Positions 36,567 through 48,399 of a stretch of DNA of 53,262 bases are shown in pieces. The position numbers and the translations under genes were made by a program. Position 1 is the stretch's first letter, and every line of letters begins with the position of its first letter. Under the pieces are notes generated by a model, which worked only from the letters and a program-made list of their open reading frames with translations, was not told the origin of the DNA and made no database searches. Origin of the DNA: Trichodelitschia bisporula (Eukaryota); the NCBI GenBank assembly GCA_010356995.1, contig ML996697.1, positions 124,001 to 177,262 on the forward strand, read 5' to 3'.

Positions 36567-37831
36567 ATGTCCTCCCCCCCACTAACACCGCTCCACACCC
36601 GCCACGCCTCCTTCACATCCTCCCCCCCCTCCCGACGTCTCAGCTCCATATCCCAATCCTACAACCCTTACGCCTTCACCCCGAACCCGCCATCGCCCAC
36701 CCACGCCCCCCCCTCGCGCCGCTCCTCCGCCGCGTTCTCCCCCGCCCCGTCACGGCTCGGGTCTTCGCACGGTCCGCGGCATAGTATCAGTGGTGGGAAC
36801 CTGGCGGATGAGTTTGCGGCTATGGATCGGGGGGGCGGGACGTTGGCGGATGAGCTGGGGGGGTGGAGTGGTGGGGAGGAGGAGGATGAGGAGGGGTTTG
36901 AGGTTGAGGAGGGCGAGCGGGATAGTGGTATCGATGGGTGCTCGAGTCCAGGCCAGGATGCGAAGCTGGTGCTACGTGAGAGGGAGGAGGAACCGCCGGA
37001 GCAGATCGACCTCCTCTCTGCGAGCCTGGAAGCCCGCATGTCCACCGTTGCCAGCCTAGCCACGCGCGGGGTAGACGGCGAGCGCGACGACCCGGGCCTG
37101 GTGGGGCGTGTTACGGAAAGACTGAGGGATTTGGGCGGGCAGGCGGGGATTGAGAGCGGGGCGGCGAGGTAGGTTTCCCCCCATATACCAGTGGCCCTAT
37201 GTGTCATCAATTATCATACTGACGGACTAGACTCACGACGGCCCAAACGGCGATAGCGACGCATCTCGCGCGCCAGACCCGCGCGCTTACGAATCTGACG
37301 TCGAGCCTGTTTTCGCCCCTCGCCCCGCCGCTGCAGCCGGATTTACTCGAGGACGTGGCGCCGAGTCTGGAGGCCACACTGGTTGCGCTGAGTGCCTTAC
37401 TCCCCGCGCACACGGGCCGATCGGCGCCTGACGCGAAGGAGCAAGCGAGGCCCGGGAGTTCGCACCTCAACAACCCAGCCCTATTCCCAGCACAGCTCAG
37501 CGCTTCATACCCCACCCCCGCCCACGCGCTGCACACGCTCTCCAGCAGCACGGCGGATTTACTCCGCTCCCTCGCCACGCTGGCGGATACGCTGCATGTT
37601 AACGCGCAAGCGACGCGGGAAGCGGGGAGGCGGCTCAGGGGGTGCCAGGCTGCGGTTGCGGGGTGGAGGGAGGAGGAGGAGGAACGCGAGCGGGCGGTGA
37701 GGTGGATTGAGGAGGGGGGGTGGGAGGAGAGGTTGGCTGGGCGGGAGGGGGCGAGGGTGTGTAGGGAGGTGATGGGGGGGTTTGAGGAAGTTTGTCGGGG
37801 GGCGGTTGTGGGGGGAGAGGGGGGAAGTTAA
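36567..37831 (+). CDS. Hypothetical fungal protein with coiled-coil C-terminus; exons 36567-37168, 37231-37831
   Basis: The 62-bp intron GTAGGT...ACTGAC...TAG joins two ORFs in frame (GGQAGIESGAAR|LTTAQTAIATHL). C-terminal EERERAVRWIEEGGWEERL...GFEEVC. TATAAAA at ~36099. Confidence 0.75.
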
Positions 37832-38132
37832 AGGCGGGAGATCGAGAACGAAGTACTGCTTGAGAACGGTGGTGTGTATGGCACGGTTGGTGGGCGTTGG
37901 TGGAGGAATGTACATTGGCTTGGGCTATTGCCAGCGGCTATGATGATGCGTCCAGTACCCGTATCGGGCTGGAGGGGGCTCATCTTTGCATACATAGATA
38001 ACCAGAGCATCTTGTTTTCATTGCTTACACTTTGAAGTCTACGAACGCGCCGTTCATCTTCTACGGGTTACGACACCACCATGATGAATATATCTACCCT
38101 CACGCCATTTTTATGCTCTATCCAGCCCCCTG

Positions 38133-38299
38133 TCTGATGTAGACATGGAAGGAGCATGTTGCTCATGAGAACGAACCTGACGTAATGTGAGCATGATAGA
38201 AGGAAGGACCAAAGGAAGATACTTGGCATTATGTATTCAAGTCTCGAGAGTCTCTGACTCTTCTACTCTTCATCTTCTACTTCACTCTGCAGTTTCACA
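38133..38299. mobile_element. Dispersed ~165-bp repeat, solo-LTR-like, copy 2
   Basis: Homologous to 1261-1428 in the same orientation, lying between two convergent genes. Confidence 0.6.
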
Positions 38300-39521
38300 G
38301 TTGCCTTGCCGCACGTAATGAGCCTTTGCCCCCATCCCCTTCCCCCCCATCCACCCTCCTCCGAAGCGCCTCCACCACCTCAGGCAACACCTCCTCCGCC
38401 CTCCCCACAACCCTCACCCCCCCAATCCCCTCCCCCACCACCTCACCCTCCCCCCTCACACCCCCCAAACACACAATCCCCACCTCCCCCCCCTTATCCC
38501 TCATCCGCCTCACCAGCCGCCACGCACTCCACGTCGCAAGACTGCTCCCCACAACAAGCACCCGCCCCGCCTCATCCACCGCCCGCTCCGCCGCAACCCG
38601 CACCCCGGGATCGACGCCTTCGCCAAACATAACAACCCCCGGCTTAAGCACCCCCCCACTCGAGCCCGGCATCCACGCCCCGTCGCCATCAACCCTAATC
38701 TCGGCCCGGCTCCCGTCCTCCAGCAGCGGCGGTGACGCGAGGCACGAGGGGCACGACGGATACCGGAAGGTCTCGTACGCGGGCGCGCCTGGTGCGGGTG
38801 CGACGTCGCCATCTGGGTTGGCCGAGGGCTGCAATTCCGCGTCGCCGTCGGGATTGGTAGTCGCGGGGGCGTCTTCGGGGTTACCTGGAATGGACGCCGG
38901 TAGCGAGGCCATGTAGCCCGCCCACGCGGGATTCAGCCGGGTGAGTTCCGTCTGGAAGTCCGCGCGGGGAAACGGCGTCCCGCAGCTCAGACACGTCATC
39001 GTGTGCAGGCTGCCATGGAGCTCAATCGTCGGCAGGTCGGGATGTGCGCGCGGATGCAGCGCATCCACATCTGCCCTCTATCAACCTCAACCCTCACCGG
39101 CCATCACCCCCAGACTGAGCAAGAACCTACTCTGCGTAACCACCCCCCCGAGGATACCTAACCCCCCCAACGCGCCCACAGCCTCGTACCCCTTATTCGG
39201 CTTCACCCTCTCCACAGCCGGCCAGCCGAGATAACTCCGCGCGAAGTACCGCTGCCGACTCGCGTGCCGCGCTACGAACTCGGCGTAGAACACGGGACGA
39301 TAGTTGCGGCGCAGCGTGTACGTCCCGCGGGGGCCGCGGTAGTCGGGGAGGCCCGAGGGCACGCTGAGGCCGGCGCCGGTGAGGAGGAGGGTTTTGGATG
39401 AGTTGGGGCGGGGGGAGAGGAAGGACGCGAGAGCGGCGATGGAACCGGCGAGGCTGTGTGCTGAGGGGGGGTGGATTGTGGGCGGCGGAAAGGGAGCTGT
39501 GTAGGGGATGCGGAGGGGCAT
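38295..39521 (-). CDS. Sir2-family NAD-dependent deacylase, class II (SIRT4-like); exons 39521-39131, 39070-38295
   Basis: TGAGLSVPSGLPDYRG, RQRYFARSYLGWP (class II-like), VTQNVDALH (across a 60-bp intron), ELHG, two CxxC zinc pairs, NPDGD, LKPGVVMFGE and GSSL. Confidence 0.92.
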
Positions 39522-40000
39522 TGCAAGGTGACTTGTTCTTGCTAATGCGCGCTTTGGGCGGTGCGGCGCTGGAGTCGTGAAGGCGGAAATTGAATGGAGG
39601 AGGGGGGGAGGTGCGATGCTGTGGCGGCGCGGCGCGGTGAGTGGAGTTGCAGGGGTGCTCCGCTTCTCGATCTCGGTGCCCGGCGAACGGATGGGTTGGC
39701 GGTGCGGGATCGCGGAGTTTCGCTGCGGGAGGCGGGGTGGCGTCCGCAGGGGTGGGGGGGGGGGTTTTAAGCGCCGGTGTCGTTGCGGGGCGGGGGCGCG
39801 GCCTGGAAATTTGGGGGGTTTGAGGCTGGTTTGGGGAGGAGGGCTGGGGTTAATGTGTGTCGTTTCGGAGGGTTTGGGGCATTTAAGCTTGTTTGGGTGT
39901 GGAACGTTGATGCTGGATTGGGAAGGGTGTGGTATGTAGTTTGCGAGATTTTGATGGGTGGGTTAGCAATGGGTTTTTGGCACGGAGAGGGATATGGTGT

Positions 40001-40178
40001 GTTCGTGGGAGAGCTTGGGTCTGACTACAGACTACGAAAGATGGCGTTTCGTGCGGCACAAGGCTGTCGATCCTACCAATGGCCGCGGGGCTGTCATGGC
40101 TGTTGTCACTTGAAGAGACGCACTGCGTTCGTGAGAGAGCTTGGGTCTGACTACAGACTACAAATATGGTGTTTCGTG
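40001..40178. repeat. ~52-bp direct repeat x2 (40001-40053, 40127-40178)
   Basis: Both copies contain GTTCGTGRGAGAGCTTGGGTCTGACTACAGACTAC. Confidence 0.9.
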
Positions 40179-40299
40179 AGCGTACATGTCCAATCAATGC
40201 CGCCAACGCCCGTGGATATCGCGTCCACCCGTCCGTCCCCAAACGCCGTCATAACGATGTAGCCGTATCCGTTTTCTTTTCCGCATACCAATTCCCTTG

Positions 40300-41016
40300 T
40301 TAGTGCGACTGCGGCGGCGACGGCGAGAGCATAGCCTGGATGCTCATATCCGCGCGGCCGCCCGCACTGCTCCCATAACCCGGATGCCCGCCCAAGCTCG
40401 CCCTGCTCCCGGAGCCCCGCACCGCCGCCGCCCGCGACGTCTCGGCCATCACGCCCGGCGCCCGCCCCACGCTACTGCCCCCATCGTCACCTAGCGAGCC
40501 TTCAGCGTCCGAACACCCGATGCCGCTGTCCTCGTCCATACCTCGTTCCTTGCGCTGGGCGGAGCGGTGCGCGGCCTGGATATTCTTGAGGCCCTTCTCC
40601 ATACACTGGGGGGGCGCGTTAGCCAGCTGGCCCAGGATGGATGGATCGTACGGCCCACACACCTTCGCCTCGATAGTCTGCCACTTCTCGCCCACGCGGT
40701 CCGCGAGCACGCTCCACATCTCGCGGCGCACGGCCATGTACTCCCGTGCCAGCGTGTCCAGCTTCACGCCGTCCCAGTCCTCGGCGTTGCGCCGCTCCAT
40801 TAGGCGCTCGTGGCGCTTGCGGCAGGCGTTTGCGGTTTTGGATGGGAAGTGGGCTGCTGCGATGGGTTGCCAGTTTAGGCCCTTTGCGCGGGCGGCCATG
40901 AGGATTTCGTCGTCGTCCGGGGTCCAGATGCTGGTGAGGCGCGTGCCGGAGGGTTCGGCGGTGGGTGTTGGGGCGGGGCGGTACATGCTGGATGAGTTGA
41001 GGGGGGCTTTGGGCAT
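40300..41016 (-). CDS. Myb/SANT-like DNA-binding protein; exons 41016-40663, 40605-40300
   Basis: WTPDDDEILMAARAKGLNWQPIA..FPSKTANACRKRHERL, then a second helical repeat MWSVLADRVGEKWQTIEAK|CMEKGLK. 57-bp intron GTGTGT...GCTAAC...CAG. The start codon is uncertain. Confidence 0.85.
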   Translation of the reverse strand: MPKAPLNSSSMYRPAPTPTAEPSGTRLTSIWTPDDDEILMAARAKGLNWQPIAAAHFPSKTANACRKRHERLMERRNAEDWDGVKLDTLAREYMAVRREMWSVLADRVGEKWQTIEAKVCGPYDPSILGQLANAPPQCMEKGLKNIQAAHRSAQRKERGMDEDSGIGCSDAEGSLGDDGGSSVGRAPGVMAETSRAAAVRGSGSRASLGGHPGYGSSAGGRADMSIQAMLSPSPPQSH

Positions 41017-43451
41017 GATGGGGAGCGCGGGGGCGCGGGGGGGGGAGGTTGGATCCAGTGTGTAGGTTTTCGGGGGGGTATTAGAAGTAGGAGTGTTGGA
41101 GGGGGGATGATGACGAGATGAAGGAAGAAGAGAAGCTGCGGTAAGGCTGGCTCGAGGCAGAGATTGAAAGCTTGATATGAGGATGGGCGTCGAGGCGAGG
41201 GTTATTGGAGGGTGGTGACCGTTTGGCCGCAGGTACGGCGAGGGCGGGAATTCGAGGCGAGGGTTGAGGCCGATACGAGCTTTCAGTGACGTACGGGCAG
41301 GAGGAGAGAAGTAAATATTGGATGATGGAGGTCAAATAGATGGGTAGGGCGACAACCAGGTCGGCCAGACGCGAGGGACAGACAAGAAGAGAAAAGGATA
41401 TTGAGCAATTGGGCTCGCGATTTGTTGACTTCTGCTGCTGCACCTACACCATCTGACCTGCTGATCGCCCGGTACAAAGGCGTGCAAATGCAAAAGGCTC
41501 CGGGTCATGGAGTATCTATACGTGCCGCAGAGCGGGAGCAATCAAAGGGCTTGCGGCGCCGCGAGTACCTTCGAGGCGAGGGCCGGGGGTGGGGGGAAGG
41601 GAGGGGGAGGTGCAGGGAACGAATCAGGTCCATCTCGTGGAGGATTTGCATGAAACTGTTTTTTTCGGGTTTCTATTGACGCTGCAGGTTCTGGGTGGGG
41701 GGGGGGGGGTTTGTTTCTTTGCGTCTGTGCTGGTGGAGGGGGCGTGGTTGTGGAAAGGCTTAGAGAGTGTTGTTGAATGAGGGGGAGAGGGAGGAAAGAG
41801 TGTGTGTGAGAGAGCGAGGGGAGCATGGAGCATGGATGCAGAGTTGCTGTGCCGTTGGAACAACCCTTGCCGCCAATGGCACGGAATGGATATTAAAAGA
41901 TACCAAAGCGGCAAGCCAGGCGGCTGTTAAAGTCCGTTAATTGACCATTTGTTGCAGGTAGCCGGCAAGGCTGGCGAGTCAGATGTGCAGGAGGAGCGCC
42001 AGGCTTGATGGCGGCTAAAGGAGACGCGCTGGTGGCTTGCGAGGGAGGAAGCAACGGCAGACCGCATCAGTGCCTATTTGGTGTGTTTTTTGAGTTGAAA
42101 GAGTTAGCTTGCGATCTTTCTCGACATGGCGTTCTTTTTTGTTTGTTTGTTTCTAATTGAGAAGACGGTTTGCGAACCTAAAGATGTGCGGAATATCAAC
42201 ATGGCGCCGTGGCAGTGCATGCGGGAGACAAGAAGGTCGGCTGCTGGCCAGCGGGTGGGGAGAAGAAGAGAGCGAGCCGGTCGAGTTCGGGAGATGATGG
42301 CGGAAGCCATCCCAATGGAGCAAACGAGAGTCGAGATGATGGCGTTGCCTCGAAGCTTCCTTCACCGTTGGGGGGGGGGGGGTCTGATCCGACATAGTCA
42401 GTCTTGAGACTCTGCGCTGTGGGCTTCACTTTGACACCGCTACTTGACCATGAAGAGACCAACACTTTGTGCTACATAGAGCGTTGAGATCTTCCCGAAA
42501 TCCTAAGCTAGGTCCCGATATCGAACTTCTAAGAGGCAACCATTGGCGGCGGTTGAGGGGTAACTTGTTGGTGAATTCTCACAGTCATGAAGCTTTCCGA
42601 GCCCGCAGCTTCCCAGTAGGATCATAACTCGGTGGCTGACGGAGCTGTCCATTCGGGTGTCTCCCTCGTGGTATCTCGCAGGGCACCCCCGCAACACCGG
42701 TTATTCCGGATTGAAGCTGGCCGTGGGGCGTTCACGACATCCCCGGTTCCGTGAGAAGGATTTCTCCCCAGACGCAGGGGCAAGCAAGCCGGGTACTACT
42801 GCATATGCAGTTGACCAAGTTGAGGACTCCATCGCCGTGTTGTCCTCGAATACCTCGTAGCTGAAAATGGCGTTAAGCTAGGGGCACAAGAACATGGTCA
42901 TGAAGAGCTAAAGCAACAAGCCTAGCTAGCGATGCTGCATGTGCTAGAGTTGGAGAGATATGTCCGGAGAGCGAATCGGAGAATTGTTCAGACGGTTGGG
43001 ATAGTTGGAAAAGGACGCCTATCTGATCATCATCGACCGCAATTAGGACAGATGGCAGTAAGCTGCTGCGAAGGTTTCATCGACCGTAGGAATAGCAATT
43101 GCAGGCCATGCGTGCTATGCACTTCCTACAGTACTCTGGGCTTCAGAGTAGTGGTAAGCTCGAAGCAAGTTGCATGATAGAGAAGTGAAAAAAAAGGTGT
43201 CGCGATCACCAACTGCGGTTGATGGCTACCCACCAACACACCAAAAATCAAAGCCGAAGGGTGCCATGACATTACGTAGTCTGCAGCATCTTCCCCACAA
43301 ACTCTTCCCCCCTCCACCAACGTCCACCGCGCAACGCACGAACGATGCGCCGCAATCGCATTCCTATCCGCGCCTCGTCGTCCTTCGCATTCCCCCTCTC
43401 GCCCGCCCTTTCTTTTCCGTAGTGCGACGTCGTCTCCGGCTCCGCCGCGTC

Positions 43452-44966
43452 ATGCTGCACCGGCTTGCAACGGCGCGTTCCGGGCTGCGTGCCCGCGCCG
43501 CTGGCCGAGACTCAGACGTGTTGCCCTTGTTGCCGCGCCGCTCCACCACTACCACCAGCTCTACAACCACTCTACCTCCTGCGCCATATCCCACACGTGT
43601 CTACCGCCGCATTACATCTTCCTCCAACTACCGCAATTGCATCGCGACATGCTCTAGCGGTTTGTTACTCGCTCGTCCAGTCTCTCCTGCTTCCTCCGCT
43701 TCGCTCGCTGCACACATGGCTGCACACCAGTCGCGTGGCCACATGGGCCACCACCATAATCACGATACCACGCTCCTTACCTCGTCGGACAAGCATGATG
43801 CGGCTGTGCGTATTACGCGCATCGGATTGTATGTCAACCTGGGCATGGCGATAGGCAAAGGAGTCGGTGGCTACGTCTTCCACAGTCAAGGTGTGTGTGC
43901 CTTGCGGCTCCACACTCGCGCGCCGCGATGTCTAACCTGTCGCAGCTCTTTCTGCCGACGCCGTTCACAGCCTCACCGACCTGGTCAGCGACTTCATGAC
44001 CCTCGCCACGGTCGCTTGGGCGCTCAAACCGCCAACCGATCGCTTCCCCTTCGGGTTTGGCAAAGTCGAGAGTCTGGGCTCGTTGGGTGTGAGCAGTCTC
44101 CTTCTCGCGGGCGGCGTTCTTATGGGCTGGTCGTCGGTCATTGAATTGTGTCATCTGTATGCGCCCGCCGCTGCGGATCTCCTTTCCACACTGGGCTTAG
44201 CAGGGCATGGCCATTCGCATGTGCACGCGATCCCAAACATCCAGGCTGCGTGGCTGGCCGGCGCGTCGGTGCTGGTGAAGGAGTGGTTATACTGGGCGAG
44301 TGAGTTTTTACGCGCATAATGCGAGCGTTGTGGACGCGGGTCTAACGGGGCGCAGCACTCAAGGTTGCGCGGGAGCGCAAATCGTCGGTGCTCGAGTCCA
44401 ACGCCGTCCACCACCGCGTTGATTCGCTCACGGGCATAGCCGCACTCGTTTCGATCGCCGTTTCCAACGTCTACCCTACCTTCTCGGGCATGGATGCCGT
44501 GGGCGGAATGCTGATTTCGTGGCTTGTCATCCGCGCGGGCTGGGGGAACACGCGCAAGGCACTGGTCGAGCTGGCGGATGCGGGAATCGATCCCGAGGTT
44601 AAGGGCAAGGTCGATCGGGCTGTGAAGGCGGCGCTTGAGAGCAGGGCCTTGCCGGGGGAGCTGCGTGGCGTGCAGGGCGTCAAGGCGGGGCAGAGCTTAT
44701 ACATTGACGTTGAGCTAGCCCTGCCTGGCGCGGTGACGGTTGCCGAGACGCGGGAGACCGAGGAGGTGGTCAGGGAGGGAGTCGCGAACCGCGTGCGTGG
44801 GGCGAGGCGGGTGCGCGTGCGCTTCGTGTCGGCTGAAGAGCGGGGGGCGGGGTTCGCCGAGGAGTTCATCTCGCCGAGTGTGAGTGCGCGGTCGACGCCT
44901 GAGCCGGAGGAGCATCACCATGACGGTCACGACCATGGCAATGGAGAGCTGAAAAAGAGGCGGTGA
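43452..44966 (+). CDS. Mitochondrial cation diffusion facilitator (MMT1/MMT2-like metal transporter); exons 43452-43890, 43946-44299, 44356-44966
   Basis: Arg/Ser-rich presequence, His-rich GHHHNHD, SQALSADAVHSLTDLVSD, FPFGFGKVESLG, VKEWLY, LESNAVHHRVDSLT and a His-rich C-terminus. Two canonical introns. Confidence 0.9.
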
Positions 44967-45475
44967 TTCGCGCCGCTCGCTTGGACGGGGGATCTACGTC
45001 GCAGACCGTTTGTTTCGATGGCTTGCTGCATGCTGTTCATGGGTGCGGTGTACGCAGTAGGTTCACAGGGCGTTAGTGGTCGGGGTGTTGTGGGACGCAT
45101 TAGAGGCCGGCGCGTATTTCGACCGCCATCTTCCCACGCATGGTGTAAAATGCGGAAATCATGTGGTCTGCAGCTGCTGTACATCTGGGAATCTTGTCTG
45201 TGCATGGAGGTGCCTGGATTAGAAACAAGTGCATCTCGGCTTGTGCTTCTATTTCTTCTATTGTTAACCCGATGCCATGGTAGAGTTGGAATCCTATCCG
45301 TTGTCCCGACGGGGGAGTGTTGCCGGCCGTTGCTTGCCCGAGGCTGCCCGTGGTGTCACGGCTCGGCTGTCTCCCCGCCAATAACGAAGCCCCTCATTAC
45401 CAACTCCACTTCCTCCAGGTTCAAATGCAACCTCACCATTGACCATGTTGGAATCTTTCTTTCTTCATCGCGACC

Positions 45476-47348
45476 ATGGCTAGCGAAGCTCTCTATCTGG
45501 GGCTCGACCTCAGCACTCAAGGCCTCAAAGGTTAGAGCACGCAAAATCCTCATTTGCGCATCCAACGTCCTAACTCCCACAGCAATCGCCGTCAACCCCG
45601 CCCTCCAGCCCGTGTGCGAAGCGAACGTAAACTTCGACGCCGACCTCTCGCACCATGGCATCCACAAGGGCGTCATCGCCCCCGCAGGCACGGACGAGGT
45701 CTTCGCGCCCGTCGCCATGTACCTCGAGGCCCTCGAGCTGGTATTAGGGCGGCTGAAAGAGAATGGCCTGGACCTGGGCCGCGTGAAGGGCATTTCAGGC
45801 GCAGGCATGCAGCACGGGACGGTGTTTTGGAGCGCGAAGGCGGAGCAGCTGCTCGCCGAGCTGGACCCTGAGAAGACACTGGCTGAGCAGTTAGCTCCGG
45901 CGGCGTTTACGCATGAATTCGCGCCGAACTGGCAGGATGCGAGTACGGAGGAGGAATGCGGCGCGTTTAACATCGCGCTTGGAGGACCGGAGACTCTGGC
46001 ACGTGTGACGGGCAGTCGCGCGCACCATGTTCGTCTCCCCCCCCCCCCCTATCTCGTCTCTGCCCCCGACTGACAAACGCAGCGCTTCAGCGGCCCTCAA
46101 ATCCTCAAGTTCCGCAAGCACCATCCGGAAGCGTACGCAGCAACCGCGCGCATATCCCTCATATCCTCTTTCCTAGCCTCCCTCTTCCTCGGACACATCA
46201 CCACAATCGAAGCCTCCGACGCCTGCGGCATGAACCTCCTCAACATCCTCACCCGCACCTGGCACCCCGCCCTCCTATCCCTCACCGCCGGCACCCCCGC
46301 CGCCATCCCATCTCTCACCGCAAAACTCGGCCCCGTGTCCCTGGACCCATCCGCCCCCCTCGGCTCCATATCGCCTTACTTCACCCACCGCTTCGGACTC
46401 AACCCCGCCTGCACCATCCACCCCTTCACAGGCGACAACCCGGCAACCCTCCTCGCCCTCCCTCTCGCCCAGTCCTCCGCCCTCATCTCCCTCGGCACGA
46501 GCACCACCTTCCTCATGTCCACGCCGCACTACGTCCCCCACCCGGACTACCACCTCTTCCTGCACCCCACCGTGCCAGACGCCTACATGTTCATGCTCTG
46601 CTACAAGAACGGCGCGCTGGCGCGCGAGGCCGTTCGGGATGCCATCAATGCCAAGACCGGGACCGAGGCCGAGGGTGAGGACGTCTGGGCCGCTTTCCAG
46701 CGCGCCATGGATGCCGAGAAGCCGCTGGGCCGGGCTGAGGGGAGTAATGTTTCCAGACTGGGTCTGTTCTTCCCGCGGCCTGAGATCGTGCCCCAGGCGC
46801 CGGCGGGCACGTGGCGCGTATTGTACGACGAGAGCACGGGGGGCATGACGGACGTCCCGCTCGAAGGTTGCCCTGAGTGGTCGGTGCCCGAGGCGGACGC
46901 GCGCGCCATTCTAGAGAGCCAGTTTTTAAGCATGCGGTTGAGGGCAAGGGCGATGATGACGCCGCAGACGGATCCGGCTGATCCCGCTAAGAAACTGCCG
47001 GATCAGCCTGGACGGGTGTATCTCGTGGGTGGGGGCGCGCGGAGCGATGCTATTGTCGGTGTGGCGGGGGATGTGCTGGGAGGTGTGGAGGGGGTGTATA
47101 GGCTTGAGGTGGGGGGGAATGCGTGCGCTTTGGGGGGAGCGTATCGGGCGGCTTGGGGGGAGGAAGGGGGTGGGGAGGGGTTCGAGGAGTGGTTGAAGGG
47201 GAGGTGGGAGGAGCATAAATTTGCGGCTAAGGTTGGGAAGGGGTATGATGCTGAGCGCTGGCCGGTGTATGGGGATGTTCTGCGTGGGTTTGAGGGGTTG
47301 GAGGCGAAGGCTGTTGGGTTTGGAGATGTTAACCATGCCGCGCGGTGA
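45476..47348 (+). CDS. XKS1: D-xylulose kinase (FGGY family); exons 45476-45530, 45583-46028, 46083-47348
   Basis: LYLGLDLSTQGLKAI, GISGAGMQHGTVFW, PNWQDAST, TGSRAHH|RFSGPQI, ISLISSFLASL, DACGMNL, FTGDNP, SLGTSTT, MLCYKNG and VGGGAR. Confidence 0.95.
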
Positions 47349-47580
47349 TCAATGGAAGAGAGGATGAATCGCCAAAATCAATTTTGCGCCATTACTTTAC
47401 TTTGCTGCTACCAGCCTGATTCCGCGCCGTCGTTAACGAGAGAATTACTGTGTAGTTTTACCCCCAGCCGTAGCGCCTTCAACTCCGGCAATGCAAACGA
47501 GCGTCAACCGTCAAACCTCAACTCATACGAAAGAAAAAAAAGGTCTACAGCAGAGACCCGCAAACGAAAGAAAAGCATCC

Positions 47581-48399
47581 TTACAACAGCGCAACCACCG
47601 CACCAAGACCCGCAAGCCCCACGCTCCCAAGAACGACAGCAGCGTTCTTCTCCCCCCCACTCGTCTTCGTCAACCCGCTCGTGCCACTCTGCTGCGCCTG
47701 CGCAACCTTATACCCATAGCTCGTCCCCGTAATCACAGCCCCATTCGTCGCCGTCGTAGTATACGTGCTCGTCGCCGTCGTCTCAGCACTGCACCCCTTC
47801 CAGGTCGTCCAAGGCGCAGCCGTGCTCCAGCTCCCGCTCGTCCACCCACTCCACGAGCTGCCGGGACACTCATTCCCATTCCACCAGCTCGTCCACGCGC
47901 CCGTCGTCCAGTCACTCTTACTCCCCATCCCCCCCCATCCAGCACCCCCAAACGGCCCCCCCTCAACAGGACTCCAACCCCCCTTGCCCCCCGCACCACC
48001 GAACCCGCCCCAGCCCCCCGCGCCGGTAAAGCGCGTCGTCCAGCTCCCAGTCGGCGTGCCCGTGCCCCACGGCCCGCCGGACAGCGAGTAGGCGCTAGTG
48101 AACGAAGCCCAGTCGCTGCTGGCCGGGCCGTTGGGGTGGGCGGAGGTGAAGCTGCTCCATGCGGAGCTGAGGCTGGTCGGCCAGGACGATTCCCATGGCC
48201 CGTCGGGCGAGCCCCAGGGCCCGGCGCCGGCGAAGCCGCCGAAACCGCCGCCCGGGAAGTTGGTGGGCCAGGGGCCCGAGCCGCTGACGCTGGCGGGCCA
48301 GGTCATGCCTGGTGCTGGGGTTATGCTTGCGCCGGAGGGGAAGTCGGGAGCGGCGAGGGCGGCGGGGAGGATGGTTGCGACGGCGATGAAGGACTTCAT
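47581..48399 (-). CDS. Secreted, probably GPI-anchored Gly/Ser/Thr/Trp-rich cell-wall protein (272 aa)
   Basis: Signal peptide MKSFIAVATILPAALA, low-complexity W/G/S/T body, and hydrophobic C-terminal AAVVLGSVGLAGLGAVVALL after small residues (SGG). Confidence 0.85.
   Translation of the reverse strand: MKSFIAVATILPAALAAPDFPSGASITPAPGMTWPASVSGSGPWPTNFPGGGFGGFAGAGPWGSPDGPWESSWPTSLSSAWSSFTSAHPNGPASSDWASFTSAYSLSGGPWGTGTPTGSWTTRFTGAGGWGGFGGAGGKGGWSPVEGGPFGGAGWGGMGSKSDWTTGAWTSWWNGNECPGSSWSGWTSGSWSTAAPWTTWKGCSAETTATSTYTTTATNGAVITGTSYGYKVAQAQQSGTSGLTKTSGGEKNAAVVLGSVGLAGLGAVVALL

Noticed and set aside
45018..45475. N-terminal extension of xylulokinase in the 351-aa ORF
   Set aside because: The true first exon (MASEALYLGLDLSTQ) is in another frame starting at 45476. 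The extension is intergenic and intron read-through.
15303..47348. A metabolic gene cluster (ICL, xylulokinase, MFS, sirtuin, CDF)
   Set aside because: Unrelated housekeeping genes interspersed with HAS1 and others, with no backbone enzyme or shared pathway.
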